DNA of 64,000 bases. Source: Podarcis bocagei (taxonomy: Eukaryota). Location of the stretch: the NCBI GenBank assembly GCA_964188305.1, contig OZ076892.1; one strand, 5' to 3'. Each line of letters opens with the position of its first letter. The stretch's first letter is position 1. The notes beneath the pieces are model-generated. The model saw nothing but the letters and a program-made list of their open reading frames with translations, had not been told where the DNA came from and searched no databases. This document shows, one piece after another, positions 12,993 through 27,000 of this stretch. Both the position numbers and the translations under genes were made by a program.

Positions 12993-14515
12993 AAAGTGAA
13001 GGCAGAATATGAATGCAACCAGTGGTAACTGAGGCAAACATGTTGCCCTTCTTTGCAGCTTGTGGTCATGGCGGCAACATTAGGGGGCATTTTCAGCCCT
13101 CTAGGCGGAACGCAATGACAATACACCGATGCCTCAGTATCTCCCCCTCTGCCCTTTCAAAATAAACCAGCCAGTCTTGCTCAGGTGAAGCTCAGCCTGG
13201 CTACTGGGAATAGGCACGCCACAAAATAACAAGAGGACAAGAACCTGCACCACGACAACTCATCAGCAATTTTCATTTATGGGAATAAGCAAACACACTG
13301 CAGATGGCAATCACATGTTGGCACAAACAGCAGGTGGTGCCTGGGCCTGCAGAAACTCTGGAGGGAATTAAGCAAAACAAATAAAACTGTGTACAAGATG
13401 GGTTTTGGTTTTTTTAAAGGGGGAGGCGCAGAGACCGTGAAGACTGCAACAGCTCAAGAATGCACAGAGCAGGAGGACAAGGAGTGTAGCTTAGGATGAG
13501 CCCCAAGGGTCAGACAGAGGGACCGGAAGGCTGTATTTGGGCCCAGAGCTTAAAGTTCCCCACTCCTGGCATATGCACTAAAAGGATGGGATAGAAATGT
13601 CTATATGCCTAGATAAAATAAAATACACATCCATTCACATAGCTAGAAAGCAGAGTTCTGCTAACTATATTCTCCAGAACACCATGGCATCTTGGATAGC
13701 TGTTCCTTCTTCCCAATAACAAATCAAACAAATGAATCTTGGATGCCTTCAAAAGACAAAATCAGGGAGGTAAAGGCTGTCAATGGCTACTGTTCTACCT
13801 CCACTGTCAGAGGCAATGCACCTTCAAATGCTAGTTTTGGGGAACTGCAGGTGGGGAGTGGCACTCAAGTCCTGTTGGCGGGCTTCACATAGGGGCACCT
13901 AGTGGGGAACTGTGAGAACAAGACACTAGACTAGACGGCCCTTTGGCTTGATTGGGGAGAGCTCTTGTTTTCTTTTGCTGTAAAGTTAAGTGGAGTCTTT
14001 TTTGTTTTTGGAAAAAATAAAAATACAGTTGTTGTTTTAAAAGACCTTCATCTTTGGTAAAAATGGCCACTTTCTTGCATAAGGAAGTATACCACAGAAT
14101 CTGTAGAACTGCAAATTTTGTCTGGGTTTGGGATCATGCATTGTTGTTGGCAATGCAAATTCAGCAGGTTTGCATCAAAATGTGAACTGAATTAACACTG
14201 TCTCCTACACACGGAAAACTGTAAGAACATATGTGTGTGTGTGTGTGTGTGTGTGTGTAGGTGTGTGAGAGAGCTAGAGAGATACTGGCAGTATAACATA
14301 ATTCCTCTTGCTGATTTGTGGATGCAGTTGCACAGTTCAGCATTCAGCTGCTGTTCACTGTGCCCACAAAATTACACCCACAATTGATTGTGAGTGCAAA
14401 AAATTGAGGCTGTTTAAGTAATAAATGATTCCTGGTATTCCCTCGTCAGACAGCTGCCTTTGTTTTGAGTCACTCCTCAGAACTCCCTGTTCTAATACAT
14501 CAAGGACTTCTCTAT

Positions 14516-14645
14516 CCTGGTTGTGGGGAACCTTTGGCCCTCCAGATGTTGCTGAATTGCAACTCCCGTCATCACTGGCCATTGGTCATGCTTGCTGGGG
14601 CTGATGGGAGCTGTAGTTCAGCAGCATCTGGAGGACCAAAGGTGT
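14516..14645. mobile_element. Short fold-back MITE (hAT-like, ~130 bp); about ten related copies, e.g. 12090-12210, 15140-15225, 16115-16255, 18578-18685, 21625-21710, 25685-25790, 40355-40490, 58417-58550
   Basis: Self-complementary ccctccagatgtt..gaact(a)caactccc...gggag(t)tgtagttca..acatctggagg. Confidence 0.7.
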
Positions 14646-17600
14646 GTGGGAGAGAGAGTGTGCATACAGGTATAGGGATGTAGGTTAAAGGGGCCTTGTC
14701 TGCATCATGCCAGGACACATTCTACTACCACAGGTAGGAGAGAACACTGTCAAAATTCATTCCCAGAAAACAACAAATTCATGAAGTATAGCGCTGCCAA
14801 TGGCTACTAGTCATGGCGGCCATGTTTTATCTCCATTGTCAGGGGTCGTATGTCCCTGAATACCAGCTGCTGAGAATCTCAAGTGTGGGGGGTGCTGTTG
14901 TGCTCTGGTCCTGCCTGCAAGATTCCCACAGGGATCTGGTTGGTCACTGCGAGGACAGGATGCTGGACTAGATGGGCCACTGGCCTGATCCAGCAGGCTC
15001 TCCTTATATGCAGGGTTTGGTGGTTTCAATTCCCTGGTGGCAAAGTTGACTCAGATTGTAGCCTGTTTACTCTGTTCCATAGAACAGTATGTCAGCATAC
15101 TGCTGTCTTACGTCCCTCTGTTATGATGCAAGAGCTGCATTTGCCAGACTGGCACCTTCCAGATGTTTTGGACTACATGCTAGCTGTGGCTGGTGGGAGT
15201 TGAAGCCAAAAGCCTCTGGAGGGTCAGTGAAAGTTTTGTTAAAGTTTGACTGAACCCTGAGACAATACAAGGTATGGTGATGTTGATTCTTCTGCTTTCC
15301 AAATTTTTGCATGTTATATTAAATGTTTTCTCTCTTTAAACCTAGGGATCTCTACCTCCCATTTCCATGAGAGCATGGCCTAATTGCAACATACTGTACT
15401 GCAGCATCAATGGAAATGGGGCGTGTGTACTAGGATTAAAGTGGTGGTGTGGGGGGAGTGGAACTGATGTAGCTGCAAGCAAAACATTTAATGTAACATG
15501 TAGCTAGGCCCTGTGGTATGCAATGTGCATGTCTTGCTCAACCTGGCAAAAAGCTCCCCCATTCCACGTCCCAAGCTCAGCTCTTACAAAGCTTACCCTA
15601 GCTTTATTACTGGTAACAATGGCTGCAGTATGTCTTGGCTGAGATATTTTGGGCAGGGAAAGTTACAAATGAAATGATAAAAAAGCCACGTGGTTGGCAA
15701 TATTGACTATAAAGCTATCACTTGTCGTATCAGTAAGCCCCATCCTTTCCATGAGCTTCAGCTTCTGTGATACCACAGAATGTCCACAAATATTCCTCCT
15801 GTTCAAAGAGAAGTCTGAGCCAGATAAAGCTGACACAGGAGATGTTGAGATGGCTACCTAAACCCTGGTCATAGAATGTTGAGTTGGGAATGCCCGCAAT
15901 GCATCAATGATCACCTGCAGGGTTCTACTTGTGTTCAAGTAAGAGCCCTACCTAGATCTCCCCCACAAAACATGGGAATATCAGGGTCTGAGTGAGCAGG
16001 GCCAACCCAAATAGTGTGTGTGCCCCTCCACTTTTAAATATCAAATGTTGGGTTCATGGAAGCAGAGAATCAGTCGGGCTTGGCAAAGGGAAACCTCACA
16101 CATGGCCTATAAGGCAGGGCTAGCCAGCATGTTGCCCTCCAGATGTTGATGAACTGCAACTCCCATCATCCCTGCCTGTCAGCCATGCTGGTTAAAGCTA
16201 ATGAGTGGTGGGTTCTAATAACATCTGGAGGGCATCCCCTTGGCTATGCCATGCCTTAAGGGTAAGGAGAGATTGCGTGCTGTTGGAGAATCCAAAGAGG
16301 CATTGGAAGGCTGCATTCCTTAGTCTAATTCAAAATAACCAATTCTGTGGAAGGGTTGGCTACAGGTTTCAAGAAATGCAAACATTAAAATTTATCCAGC
16401 TGTCAAATGCATACGTAGCAAGGTTTAAAAGAGTGCGTTTCACAATCGCAATCTGCCTACTGACAGCCTCATCTACATTCCCTCGGTGTGCACATCAAGT
16501 GCTACCAGCAGTAGCGTCCCAATCCTTGCTTATTATTACATTGGCTCATGGTGCAGAATACTTGTAGCCAGGGCTGGGTGGGTGGTGGGAAGACTCAGCT
16601 GTATCCCATTGTCTCTTAATGGGCACTGTTTCAAGCAGCACGTGATCAGCTGCTCTGTTCTGACCACAGAGCCTTTGTTAATGCCCATGAGATAAATGGC
16701 CAAAGGGCCCAGCTGTCTTTTTCAGAGCCCAGAGGATGGACCCTTAGAAACATAATCTTGGGTTTTGTAAAGCATTCAAATCTCAAGCTGATTCACAAAC
16801 CCCAGAAATCAGAATATATAAGATGTTGCTGAGAAAGAACCAGAAATCTGCTCAGCAGTGGACTGAGGCCAATGGCCCATCTAGGCCAGAATCCTGTTCT
16901 CACAGTGGCCAACTGGATGCCTGTGGGAATCCTGCAAGCAAGGCCTGAGTGCAACAGCGCTCTCCCCTCCTCTGACTCCCAGCAGCTGGTGTTCAGAGGC
17001 ATGATGCCTCCAAGAGTGGAGGCACCAGAAAGGCTGCAATAAAACATCTCAAACAGTTCAGATACATCTTGAAACGGAAGGGAAACAACAACAACCACTC
17101 ATGCTTAAAAACAACCCATAATGGCCCAAGAAGGCACCACATGGGTTCCACATGGTCACAGTAATACTCAATCTCCATGTCATAACAGTTTTCATCTCAT
17201 CAAGATCCCAGAGAGAAAACCAGACATGTATGAATTGCCAGCTTTGCACAGTTTCCCTAGGGCTAAGGGTAATAACATGAAAAGGAAAGCATATTGATCA
17301 GCTCAGGGTTTTTTAAAGGGGCGTGTGCAGGGCTTGACAAGTCATAAAAGGATACCTATCTTAGACCAGCAACCGTTGAGACCCCAACTCCCCTTCCTCT
17401 AAAGATCTGGCACTCAAGTACAGCCTGAGCTGCCCAGAGAACTTTTCATTATGGGATGGTCTACATACAATATCAATCCACATATTGATGTACGTACATA
17501 TTGATCTGAGCAACCCTAATCTCCGAGTGGCAAGAGACTCCAGGGATACTTGCCTTTTCTCAGGGTTTGGTTTCCTTGGGGTGAAGGTCCATGGAGGCTG

Positions 17601-17896
17601 TGGGATCTTTATTTACACATATATACAACCCGAGTGTAGGATGGAGGGGCTCAGAGCATGAAAATCTTGCTTCCCTATTAGGTTTTCAGGGAAGCTCCAA
17701 GTCACAGATTTGGGTCTGGCACAGAGCAAGGCATGCCTCTGCTTCTCCAGATTCCAGCATCAGCCAAAACCTCTACTTCTCCCTCTCCCTCTCTCTCCCA
17801 CACAGACCACCTTGGCTTATTGTTTTCCACCTTAATATGATGTGGCATCCAGTCAGGTAGGTGCAGATTTTCTGCAAACCTATCCTCTTATTTAGA

Positions 17897-18256
17897 GGGA
17901 CGCGTGTGGTGCTGCGGTTAAACCACAGAGCCTAGGACTTGCCGATCAGAAGGCTGGCAGTTCGAATCCCTGCAATGGGGTGAGCTCCCATTGCTCGGTC
18001 CCTGCTCCTGCCAACCTAGCAGTTCGAAAGCACGTCAAAGTGCAAGTAGATAAATAAGGACCGCTCCGGCGGGAAGGTAAACGGCGTTTTCATGTGCTGC
18101 TCTGGTTCGCCAGAAGCGGCTTAGTCATGCTGGCCACATGACCCGGAAGCTGTCTGCAGACAAACACTGGCTCCCTCAGCCTACAGAGTGAGATGAGTGC
18201 GCAACCTGAGTCGGTCACGACTGGACCTAATGGTCAGGGGTCCCCTTTACCCTTTT
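17897..18256 (+). mobile_element. Sauria SINE (Squam1), full length
   Basis: 13-bp TSD tatcctcttattt at 17881-17893 and 18257-18269. Confidence 0.9.
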
Positions 18257-19787
18257 TATCCTCTTATTTGGTGATGTGTATAGAATTCATGCATTTCTTC
18301 ATAACAAGTACACCACTAAGGGCCTTGAACTTAGTGCTACATTGAATTCCTTCCAAAATCTCTGTAGCTTTTAATATTTCTTACAAGCCCCACATCAACA
18401 CCTGATTCAGCAGTTGCCATTAAGTTTCCTAACAGTGTCCCTGAACAGCATTACGCCAGAGGCACTTTCAAATTGACTGGATGCTGGATACTCTATGGAA
18501 GGCTCCATCAAACCTGGATCTGGTCCTGATTTCTGAAAGTTCTTTATTATTTAACCTGTGACTCTCATGGCCCTAGACCAGCCTTCCCCAGTCGCCTGCC
18601 CTCTGGATGTTTTGAGCTACAATTCCCACCATTCTTGATTATTAAAATCATGTACCCATTGGTGAGTACCGGGCTGGGGAAAGCTGGTTTAGAACCATCA
18701 ACGAGGAAGACAGGGTTGGTGCAAGGCATTTAAAAGTTTAATTGCACTGGCCACCACTCGCTTCATGTTACATCAGACTTCTGATGCAATGTTAACAATA
18801 AAAACTGTTTTTGAACAGCTAGAAAGTTTTTAGTAGGGATAAAACGCCTCCAGTCACAGAAGCCTCACCTGCTCCTATTTTAAAAATTAACCTCAGACTT
18901 AGGCCAACCAAAGTTGATTGGAATCTTTTGCACACAAATGACTGGCACAACCTCTCCAGCAACAGGGCTTTCAAAGTTAGCAAAAGGTGAAAGGTTGCAC
19001 ACCCAAAATTCTGCCTCTGTGTGCACAGAGATAATTATATTGTATCAACCTTTGCCAAACGGGTGCCCTCCAGCTGTTCTACACAACAGCTCTCATCAGC
19101 CCCAACTCAGGTTGGGTTGGAGAAAGTGGAGTCACGCCATCTGCTCTGCATTCACGATCCAGATTGCAAGAAATGCAAAATGCATAGTTAGGGGTGCTGC
19201 TTTGCCAGGAGGTTGAAGGAGGGAGCAGAAGACAGGGAAAGGAGGAGAGCTGGCCAGAGAGCTAAAACGTGGATTAGAAAAACACAGCAGGACTGGATTG
19301 TTAAGCGGGAGGATATAATGCAGAAAAGAGAAGAGGCCTGGCAAGAAGGGCACCCCCTTCTCCCACAAAAATGCCTAGAAGGTCTTTCCTTTTCATGGCT
19401 TTTTAGCTTTCTTCTTCGTCATGCCTGCCTTTCCTTCCTGCCTGATGCCACGCCCTGATAGCCCTGGGTGGCTCTGGGTCACTCATCCCAACTTGTAGTG
19501 ATCAGGGGCTGTCTAACCCTGACTCCAATAAAATGTAGACCTCCCCCTCCCAGGTCCAATTTGGACCTTGGATGAATCTGGTCTACAGCTCTAGATTTCA
19601 GTAAGTTTTACCCCATGTAGCTGAGCTGAAGCTGCTCTGCCTGGTGGAAAATTCCATCACATTATATTACTGTAGCTCAGACATTGCTAGCTGCTGTCCT
19701 CTTGCTGTTTTGAACTACAAATCTTATCAGCCCCACCAAATCTGGCTATGCAGGAAGGAACCAGGTTAGGGATGGCTGTGGTAGTTA

Positions 19788-20142
19788 GGTAAAGGTAAAG
19801 GGACCCCTGAAAATCAAGCTCCGTCATGGGGTTGTGGCGCTCATCTCGCTTTACTGGCCGAAGGAGTTGACGTTTGTCTGCAGACAGTTTTTACGGGTCA
19901 TGTGGCAAGCATGACTAAGCCGCTTCTGGCAAAACCAGAGCAGCGCACGGAAACACTGTTTACGTTCCCAGAGCAGTACCTATTTATCTACTTGCACTTG
20001 ATGTGCTTTCGAACTGCTAGGTTGGCAGGAGATGGGACCGAACAACGGGAGCTCACCCCACCGCAGGGATTCGAACCGCTGACCTTTCAATCAGAAAGCC
20101 CAAGTGGCACAGTGGTTTAACCCACAGCGCCACCCGCATCCC
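19788..20142 (-). mobile_element. Sauria SINE (Squam1)
   Basis: 13-bp TSD gctgtggtagtta at 19775-19787 and 20145-20157. Confidence 0.9.
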
Positions 20143-20910
20143 TCGCTGTGGTAGTTACTTGCTCATTTACCTGCAGCTCAGAATCCAGAGTCCTGAACAT
20201 GTAAAGATGTTTTGCTGTTGGGATGCAAAAGTCAGGAATCACCTCTTGACAGTAGCTTTGTCCTCTGGGAAGGTGAGCACCCAAATATAATTTAGCAATG
20301 TCACATATTTTGAGAAGGTGCCTACCTAAGCATAAATTGGTCAAAGGGTGTGCCCTTGGAAGGACAACACCTTCAGTGTCAATCAAAGAGAAGACACTTT
20401 GGTAGTTTTGTATCAGAAAAGCAACTGCTCTTCCAAAATAGGGAAATGATACCTTCTCTTTGGTAAAGGGACCAAGTGTCTTATCAGGAGAGCAATTCCT
20501 GGAATTCTACAGATTAGAGATGTACAAAAATTTCCTCTCTGAAAGCAATATACTAAGATATACTAATGTTTTTATCACTGTGCCAGTATGGATCCTTCTC
20601 CCATGGAGACCTCTGACTACTACTATTGGTACTATTATTTAAATTTCTATTCCACCCTTCCTCCCAAAGGAGCCTAGGGCAGCAAATATCAAAATGTTAA
20701 AAATATACATTTTTAAGAAAATGGAATTAAATCATAAAAAACTATTAAAAAGCATCTAGAAACATTTAAAAATAAAACCTCTACAAACAATTGCAAAACA
20801 AATGCACATTATAGCCCATAGTATAACTATAGCCCAACCTCAAACAGTACAGAGGGAAGCAGATATTCCTGTTTGCAGCAAATGGATCTGTGTCTTGACA
20901 TGTGTAATTA

Positions 20911-21122
20911 CACTAGTACCTTGGTACTTGAACAGCTTGGCTCCCGAACAAATCGGCTCCCGAATGCCGCAAACCCGGAAGCAAGTGTTCTGGTTTGCGA
21001 ATGTTTTTTGGAAGCCAAACGTCTGACGCAGCCAATCGGAAGCCACGCCTTGGTTTTCGAATGGTTTCGGGAGTCGAATGGACTCCCGGAATGGATTATG
21101 TTTGACAACCAAAGTACCACTG
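20911..21122. mobile_element. Tc1/mariner (pogo/Tigger-like) MITE
   Basis: TA-cactagtaccttgg...aaccaaagtaccactg-TA; degenerate TIRs with TA target duplication. Confidence 0.7.
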
Positions 21123-21145
21123 TAGTACATGCAAGCATTTAAAAG

Positions 21146-21192
21146 CAGTGCTCCCCCCCAAGGGGGTACTCAAGAGTACGCAGTACTGGCAC

Positions 21193-21250
<58 letters not shown>

Positions 21251-21318
21251 CTGGTTAAAAAGTGTGGCACTTACTGTAATAATTTCATGGTGAGTACCTG
21301 CACCTATTTTTCTAGAAA
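21146..21318. mobile_element. hAT-like MITE fragment with internal (CT)n expansion (21195-21248)
   Basis: cagtgc...ggtacgcagtac-like start and gagtacctgcacctatttttctagaaaa end; the microsatellite is seen directly. Confidence 0.5.
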
Positions 21319-23746
21319 ATGGCTTTTTAGCCATTAAAAGTTAATAACAGGTACAATCAAGAAAGCGGGGGGAGGTAGCTAGAGGAACAGAAGTGGAGGA
21401 AGGCAAGTCTGGCTGGCTGGCACACACAACAGGAACATGCCACACTGCAACTTTCTTGTTGCAGTTTCCCACTTGAACAGGATTCAAGTGGTTAAAATAA
21501 AGAAGTCAAGGCAAGGAGATATTCAAATTCCACAACGGCTATGGGCAAGAGTGCAGATTCTGAACATTCGCTGGAGGTAAGTTCACAGTATTTCAAAACA
21601 GGACCTGCCAAACACAGCAACCTGCCCCAGCCTGGTGCCCTCGAGATGTTTGGGGCTGATGGTGATTGTGTTCTGAAACATCTGGAGGGCACTAGGTTAG
21701 GGAGGCTGAATATAGGGTCTATCAGGGTCACTAAGCAATTTCAGAAACTGGTGCATTTATTTACTTATATTTATTTATGGGAGTATTTATAAACCACCAA
21801 CTCGTAAGAAAAAATTTCACAGCAGTGAATACCGGAAACACAATCCAAACCGTTAAAACATCATGGAATCATAAAATACAGGGTCAAATGGCTAACAGTT
21901 AATTGAGTCTCTAAAAAGGCTTGACAAAACAGAAGCCTTTTCATCATGAGTCAATTTCCTTGCAATGTTCCAGCGGTCCACACTGCATGCCTCACAGGGC
22001 AGATATATCCTTCAGCAAGTAAAACAGAAGTCCTGTTAACTTCCCTAGAGCACTTTGAAGTCCATAAAGCCCACTTAGTGGTTTAAAGCTCTTTAATTCC
22101 ATGAGCCACGATGCAAAAGTCCTGCATGGTGTACTCCTTCCAAAGTCACCTATATCAATTCCAGAGGTTGAATTTTTTTTTGCAGAGACTGAGACAGCTG
22201 CAGATTCCACCAGCTGCCTGCCAGACTTCAGGCTCTGCGTGTCCTGGGCTACTCAAGGAGCCTTTACCCTCTTTGCTTATTTAATGCAGCAGATCACATA
22301 GGCTGATGCCAAAATTGGCCAATCCATCTCCAAAATGTCGTCGCATCTCCCCATTCCCAATTTTTGTGTCCCGCTCAAGTTGATAAAATAACCCTCTCAT
22401 TCTCCCACAGAGAAAGCAAATCTCATGGGGGGGCGAGGGCGGGGATGGTCTCTGTGAGGTAAACATTGGGCTAATACGAATCTTCGCAAATCTGTACTTA
22501 ATCGGATAAGCCTTCTTGGATTATCTGCCGCTATCACCTCTTCCTAGACAGCCATTAATCACCAGCTGATGCCTGGCACCCTTAACTTCCATCCTGTATA
22601 TATAAACTTGACCAATTGAATCAGCACATAGTTGGATCAAGGACAGAAACAAAGGAACAGAACCCCGTGGGGCTGGTTTCCTTTGACTGGCAGAGCAATA
22701 AAGATCAACTGCATGTCAATCAAGAATTCCAAAATGCATATTAGGAGGAGAGTACCTTTAGATAGGTCAATCAAAAATGTTACAAAATAGGGTGCACATT
22801 TTTGCATTCTCCATAACTCTTCATCCAAGGCTTCAACACTAGCCAATGCCGCCACCCCTCAGGCTCTGTTGATAAGTGTTCCAGAGAAATCAAAAGACTG
22901 CATATGATTTCATGACATTTTGGCTGTCCTAATACATTTTGTTGGCCATAATTACAAAAAAAAAATAAAAATAAAATTTCCACCTGGACTTTGGCTTTCA
23001 ATTATTCAGTCTCCTTGAGTGCATGAGATGTTTTAATCCTGCTTCTTTAAAAAATAGAATGGTCTTTTAGATTTTAATGTATTGGTTTGGTTTGGTTTAT
23101 TGTAAGTTGCTTTGAGTTACATTTGTAACTCGACTAATAAGTTAATTAATAATAATATGGATTTTGATTTTTTTTCTCAGTCAAACTTGTGTGACATGGA
23201 ATATTTTAACCCAGGTATTTCAGTCAACAATTTCATTTTTCCAGTTCCAGAAGAGCAGTCCTATTAGTTTGTTTGCTATACAAAAAGAAAGAAAGAAAAA
23301 TTAAAATAAAAAAGAGTCCCATGGTGCCTAAAGACTAACATAATTGTTATGGCAAAAGACTCATTCATGTTTTTAATAGTCAATGACAGCAATTTTCGAA
23401 AGCAACTGGAACCAATGGGGCTCCCAACTTTGTAGAGTTCTCTTTCCAATATTAAGAAAAGACATGGAATATTTAGGAAGATAGGAGTCAGAGCAGTGGC
23501 CCATTTAGCTTAGATTGCCCATACCACCTGGCAATGGTTCTTCAGGGCTAGGTAGGACTTGGCTCACATTTTAATATAAGACAAACTGAATTTATTCCTC
23601 ACCCCTTTGGACAGCACAGTGTAGACTTTGCTATCTGTGCGAATCTAAAGAACACACCTGAACACGGATTCATACAGGCAGCTGCTTTTTGCAGAGGCAA
23701 ACCATTGGGTCCCTCTGACTCAGTACTGTCCACACTGAAGGCTCAT

Positions 23747-24054
23747 TACCTTTGCCCCACGCTTTCTAGGCACAAGGCCACACTTTGAAGCTGACCTTTA
23801 AAGCCACACTTTGAAGTCCGAGCATTTGTTTGTTTTTGCACCGTCACTTTCCCTGCCGGCATGAACCCACTTTTAACGGCTGAATCAGAGCAAATGGCAA
23901 TCCAGGGAAAACCCGAATTGCTGTCGGTTTCAATTCAGCGTTAAAGAGTCAATCTTCCTAGGGAAAGCAGTGGGACAAAAATAAAAAAAGAAGCACTAGG
24001 ACACGGACCAAGAAAGTGCAGACTTGTGCCTAGAAAGTGTGGGACAAAGGATAA
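23747..24054. mobile_element. Fold-back MITE inserted into a Squam3-like SINE
   Basis: ~31-bp inverted ends ttacctttgccccacgctttctaggcacaag and cttgtgcctagaaagtgtgggacaaaggataa. SINE sequence resumes on both sides. Confidence 0.65.
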
Positions 24055-27000
24055 GTCAGCACCAAATTAGATAGCAGAGGTTCTCCAGGGATATGTCCCA
24101 GCGCCATCTGGAGATGCTCAGGATTGAACCTGTGACCTTCTGCATGCAAAGGAGGGGCTCTAGCACTGCACTACGGTCCTTCTCCCCATTTTTCTTTTGT
24201 TGCAGTTGCAGAAAGACAACTCTTGCAAGCCATCCATCTTGGCTCAGCTCTTGTGAAATGCATCAATTTCGTCAGCATGGACCAAGGCAGCCACTGAATG
24301 GCGGGTGGGTGATTACTTTTGCTCTGTATTTTGTGTGTGTATTTCAATTCAGCCACTCAGCTGGCGCCTTGCAGTGCCAGCCTGGCATCAACGCGAGAAA
24401 AAAGCGCAGACTGCATGTGAGAGACCTATCCTCAGTACCAAATCAGAATTGATGGAAGTCCTTGTTTGAAATGCATGCAGCCCATTGCAGGGAATACCAG
24501 GATAGCTGCCACATGCAGAATTCCCCATCCTCAACATGGGAAAGCAGGAACCTAGGAAGCTGCCTTAAACTGTGTTAAGATGCTTGCTCCATCTAGCTTG
24601 CTCTTGACCACACTGACTGGCAGCTGCTCACAGGTTATCAGGCAGGTCCTTTCCCCAGCCATACCTGGACAAAGGATTGAACCTGGTAGATGTTCTACCA
24701 TTTAGTCTCCATGCTGAGTATCTCCTGATTTTATCACAGAGGGATCCCTGATGGTATCAAAATGAATTCTACAGTGAGACTCAAAATGGCGGGCCGGTGG
24801 GAAGGGGACCAGGAGAGAAGAAAGAAGCAGGCTATATAATTTGCCTGACTTTACCTGTTCCAACATGTAATGGCTACGTTAATGTTTTCATTGCTTTTCT
24901 TTTTTCTTCAAATCAGGCCCTGCCTTTTTGGTCCTTCCGAGACGGTTCCAAACTGCCTCTTCTCAGAGCTGCATTGTGATCTTTATGGTCAGCCCAGAGT
25001 GGCCCGCGTGGCATCCTGCATGTGCCAAGGTTTTCCGATGAGGGCAGGCAGGCAAGCATTCCAGGGGGCTGTGTCATGCTGCGAGCACGTCAAGGAGATA
25101 AAGTGCAGGCAACCAGGATGGAAGAGGCGAGGCTTCCGAGATGCATTCTGCACACACCCCTTAGCCTTCAACCTAGATTGGAAGGGAAATGGGGAGAGAA
25201 GAGGGAGACGCATTTCCAGGGCCCCTCCAGCCCAGAAGCTCATTTCCGGAGTCAAAAAGGGCACAACATCTCGCATCCTTCATCTCCACTTCCCCGTATC
25301 TCTGGCTCCCCTTTGCTCGCTCTCCACACAGTGTGGACACAAAAGTCTGCTTTTCTCATCTGGTCTGTTTCGCAGGAGAAGAGGTCAGTAAATAACATCT
25401 CAAGGCTCTCTAGAACAAGCAAAAAAGCCTGCAGAAACCAGAGAAGATGTTTTGAAAAACTATCTTTCCTTTTTGCCTCCCTTCTCTGTTCATGTTCAGT
25501 TGTGGCCTCCCAGGGCATCGAAAAACATTGGTTCAAAAACCTAATCCCTTTCCCCTGTACATTAAAACAGAAAGTAATACTATACACACCCTGGGTGTAC
25601 TTGCAGGGGTGACTTTGTTCTCCCCTTTCTGATGCCATCCCATTCTCGTTCTGCTTCCTTATTGTTTGTTAGGCACTCAAGATCAGCCTTTGACAACGTG
25701 GTGCCCTCCAGATGTTTCCCACCAGCCCCAGGCCACATGGCCAGTGGTCAGGGGTGCAGCATCCTTAGGAGAGCACCTGTTTAGGGATGGTTGACTAAAG
25801 TTGTTAAGCTGGATAACAGCAGAGGAAACTGGCACCCTCTGCAGCCACCTAATTATCCAGAGCAAATGCCACCGGCACGTCTTGCGGAAGTGACTACTCT
25901 AAATGGATTATATAGCCTGGAAGGGGGTACTTTCTAGTGCCTCTCCTGACAAACAATTTCATTGAATGATCCTGAGCTCCAGTATTCTCTATCCCCTTTC
26001 TTCTTACAATTTTACAATTTGATATATTAAATATTTTATAATTCCCTGTGTTACAAATCTCCATGGTTCAGAGGTCCATCATTTCATGAACTATCATGGA
26101 AATCGAAAACTCTATGCTCAGAATGAAGCACTGTACATTCAGCATGATCACAGATTAAGGGCATTTGTGTCATGGATGTCAATAAGAGAGTTAAGCATCT
26201 TCCTGTCCGTGGGGCTTCAATATGCTTAGCTTTGGCTAGAAAGCGTCCATTGTGTCGATTTAAATGCATTTGCCTCTACCATTTATACTTATTTGGTAAA
26301 TTTCCCATTTTATTATGGGTAAGAGGCTTCCTCTTTGACATATATTGCAGTTTTCTCTCTGTAGGAATCCTGTATTTTTTATTGGGTAATAACTCAATGA
26401 AGGTACAGTCCATTCAAAAAAAGGTAACAGTCCAGAAATGGTTCCAGTGTGTGATGAACAGCTATTCTCATGAGCCTCAGATAAGGAGAGGGGAATTTAA
26501 ATAGGAAAAAAAGAGAAAAAGTTATGTTCCTTCCCTTTATATCTGGCACTTTCCAAGACCGTCTTGTGATCTGGGGCAAGGAAAGTGCCCCTAGGAAAGG
26601 AAAGCAAGGCAATTCACCGTGGAAAAGAGGTGGGGGGAAAGGTATAAGATGTTGCAACTTTGTAGTGCAGGGGTGGGGAACCTCAGGGGCACAGCCCCAC
26701 CCCGGCCCTCAGGACTCTCTTCAGGCATACTGCCATCCCTTAGGCCACACCCCTCCCTGCTTCACGGTCTGAGTGCTTTTGCCTGGCTGGGATGCTTCCT
26801 TGAACTCTGAACATGGCCCTTGTTTGTCTGGATGGAATAAAGAGAGGTGCATGGGTGAGTGTCTGTGGAGACCTGCCTACTGTACAACAGTGAAATTTAT
26901 ATTTGTTGCTCTGCCTCCTTTTGTTTCTGGCCCCACTGACCACTCGGATGTGCCCCTCCCGCTGAAGGTCGCCCAGAAGAGCACTTGGCCCTTGGCCTGA

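Noticed and set aside
24870-25638. Cluster of long overlapping ORFs (173, 196 and 128 aa)
   Set aside because: No recognisable protein similarity; consistent with chance ORFs.
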